A stretch of 64,000 nt of DNA, from positions 49,565,221 to 49,629,220 of the forward strand of contig NC_068985.1 of assembly GCF_001194135.2 (NCBI RefSeq), given 5' to 3'. The translations under genes and the position numbers were made by a program. Of this stretch, positions 62,580 through 64,000 are shown one piece after another. The DNA comes from Octopus bimaculoides (taxonomy: Eukaryota). Every line of letters starts with the position of its first letter. Position 1 is the first letter of the stretch. A model generated the notes under the pieces. The model saw only the letters and a list, made by a program, of their open reading frames with translations, made no database searches and had not been told where the DNA came from.

Positions 62580-63830
62580 TCACTACATGCCACCAAGAAA
62601 GCAACACTTTACCCCACCCCTCCTTAACCAAGAACCACATGCAGCTAGAAAGCTTAGAGAAATTACCACAAATACCTCACCATTACTGATGATCTCTCCT
62701 TATGATCTTACAGCCACAACATAGCAAAAACTAAACCACAAAATACTGTCATTGCTCTTAAGAAACAGGAAACACTTGAGCACGCAAAACCAACTTACTC
62801 TTTATAAAACTCAAGTGAAACTCACAACTACTTCCCTCAGATCTGAAATGATGCAACAGCTGTACATGTAGATAGCCTAAATCAGTGTTTCTGATAGACA
62901 GCAGGAAAGTAGGTCCCATGTAAGTGGAGCTCTGCAGATTGAAATGGGGGTGAAAATGGTCATGTTTAACAAAATTAAGAGGGTTTCCAAATATTTAAAT
63001 TTGGAAAACACCTTGGTGAGGAATGAATTATACGATGATCATCATCTTTTAACATTCACTTATCCATGCTTATATGGGTCAGACAGAGTTTGTTGAGGCA
63101 GATTTTCTATTGCCAGATACCCTTTCTGTTGTGAACCCCCACCTGTTTCCAAGCAAGATGATATTACCTCATGGCCAGACTTGAAATGGACAACATCACT
63201 ATAATATCAAGACAAAGGTACACACACACACACACACACACACGTGAATGTGTGTGTGTGTGTGTGTGTGACAGGCTTCCAGTTTCTATCTACCAAATCC
63301 ACTCACAAGGCCTTGGTTAACCCAGGAACTCAGGACTATACTAGAAGACATTTACCCTTGCCCAAGACACCACACAGCAGGATTGAACAAGAGACCATAA
63401 GGTTAGGGAGCCACTTCCTTAACCACAAAGCCATGCTTGAATGCAAAAACCGTTGATCTTGGATCACAAAAAAGAAATAGAAAAAAAAATCACTTGGTTA
63501 ATTGGCATAAAGTTTCTCACAATTACACTCCAATTGTCTTCACAGACAAGCTGTCTCCTATCTCTCTCTACTACAGTAGTCTCTATTCCTTGGAGTTTTC
63601 TGATCTTATATCACCCTCATGAGATCATTCCCCAGATTGCTTATATCTCTCCTTTCATTACTTATGTTGCTTTGAGCCTCACTCAAGTCTTGCATTAACC
63701 ACTGCATCCCTTCCTTCTTTCCCAAGAATTCTCTGGAGTTCCCTCCATGCTCATGTTATTCCTGCAGCAGTCAACTTGTGACTTTTGAAGAGGGACAGTA
63801 ACTATATTGCTCTTAATTCTCTTGGAGGAT
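62580..63830 (+). mobile_element. Jockey/CR1-like LINE 3' remnant split by later insertions
   Basis: LLRNRKHLSTQNQLTLYKTQV (about 62755-62820), then SLYYSSLYSLEFSDLISP...SFFPR...SSLHAHVIPAAVNL (about 63550-63800). Confidence 0.55.
63035..63440 (-). mobile_element. SINE with family A head and RTE-derived B tail
   Basis: Reverse complement: A head, inverted (CA)n/(TG)n linker, tail ending CCATATAAGCATGGATAAGTGAATGTTAAAAGATGATG. Confidence 0.75.
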
Positions 63831-64000
63831 CTATAAGGGTTATAAATACAGCCCTTTCCTCCAGACCACAAAATCATATATGCGTGAAAGAGAGAGAGAG
63901 AGAGAGGGAAATGTATGAATGAGTATATATGTGTATGTGTGAGTATCTCTCCATATACAGATATATACACATGCACTTCCATAGACATCTATGTGTACAC

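Overview
AT-rich eukaryotic DNA, about 13% unresolved N gaps, almost all flanked by simple repeats. The repeat inventory points to a coleoid cephalopod, most likely Octopus; this is inferred from the repeat types, not from a search. I found no intact protein-coding gene, rRNA, tRNA gene or CRISPR array, and the window reads as intronic or intergenic. It is packed with degenerate or nested mobile DNA. SINEs: at least four families (tRNA-headed CORE-like, Nin-domain, V/Meta-like, and an (AAC)n-tailed family). LINE fragments: RTE with a PHD-like finger inside RT, an RTE-BovB C-terminus, and Tx1/L1-, Jockey/CR1- and Penelope-like remnants. DNA transposons: a complete but dead mariner (31636-32848), a Tc1 (56673-57791), a DD37D/maT fragment, Buster/Charlie-type hAT pieces and several MITEs. 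Signals the known repeats do not explain: four long RNA-like hairpins in otherwise unique sequence (12029-12126, 15967-16050, 30868-30962, 38846-38920); a minus-strand promoter-like module at about 59.3-59.45 kb with downstream GT-AG-bounded, mostly non-coding segments, possibly a spliced hairpin-host transcript; a 154-bp solo-LTR-like insertion with a perfect 5-bp target-site duplication (TSD); and SINEs that share one head but swap tails at an internal microsatellite. All hairpins were folded by eye, and all exon calls are low-confidence hypotheses.
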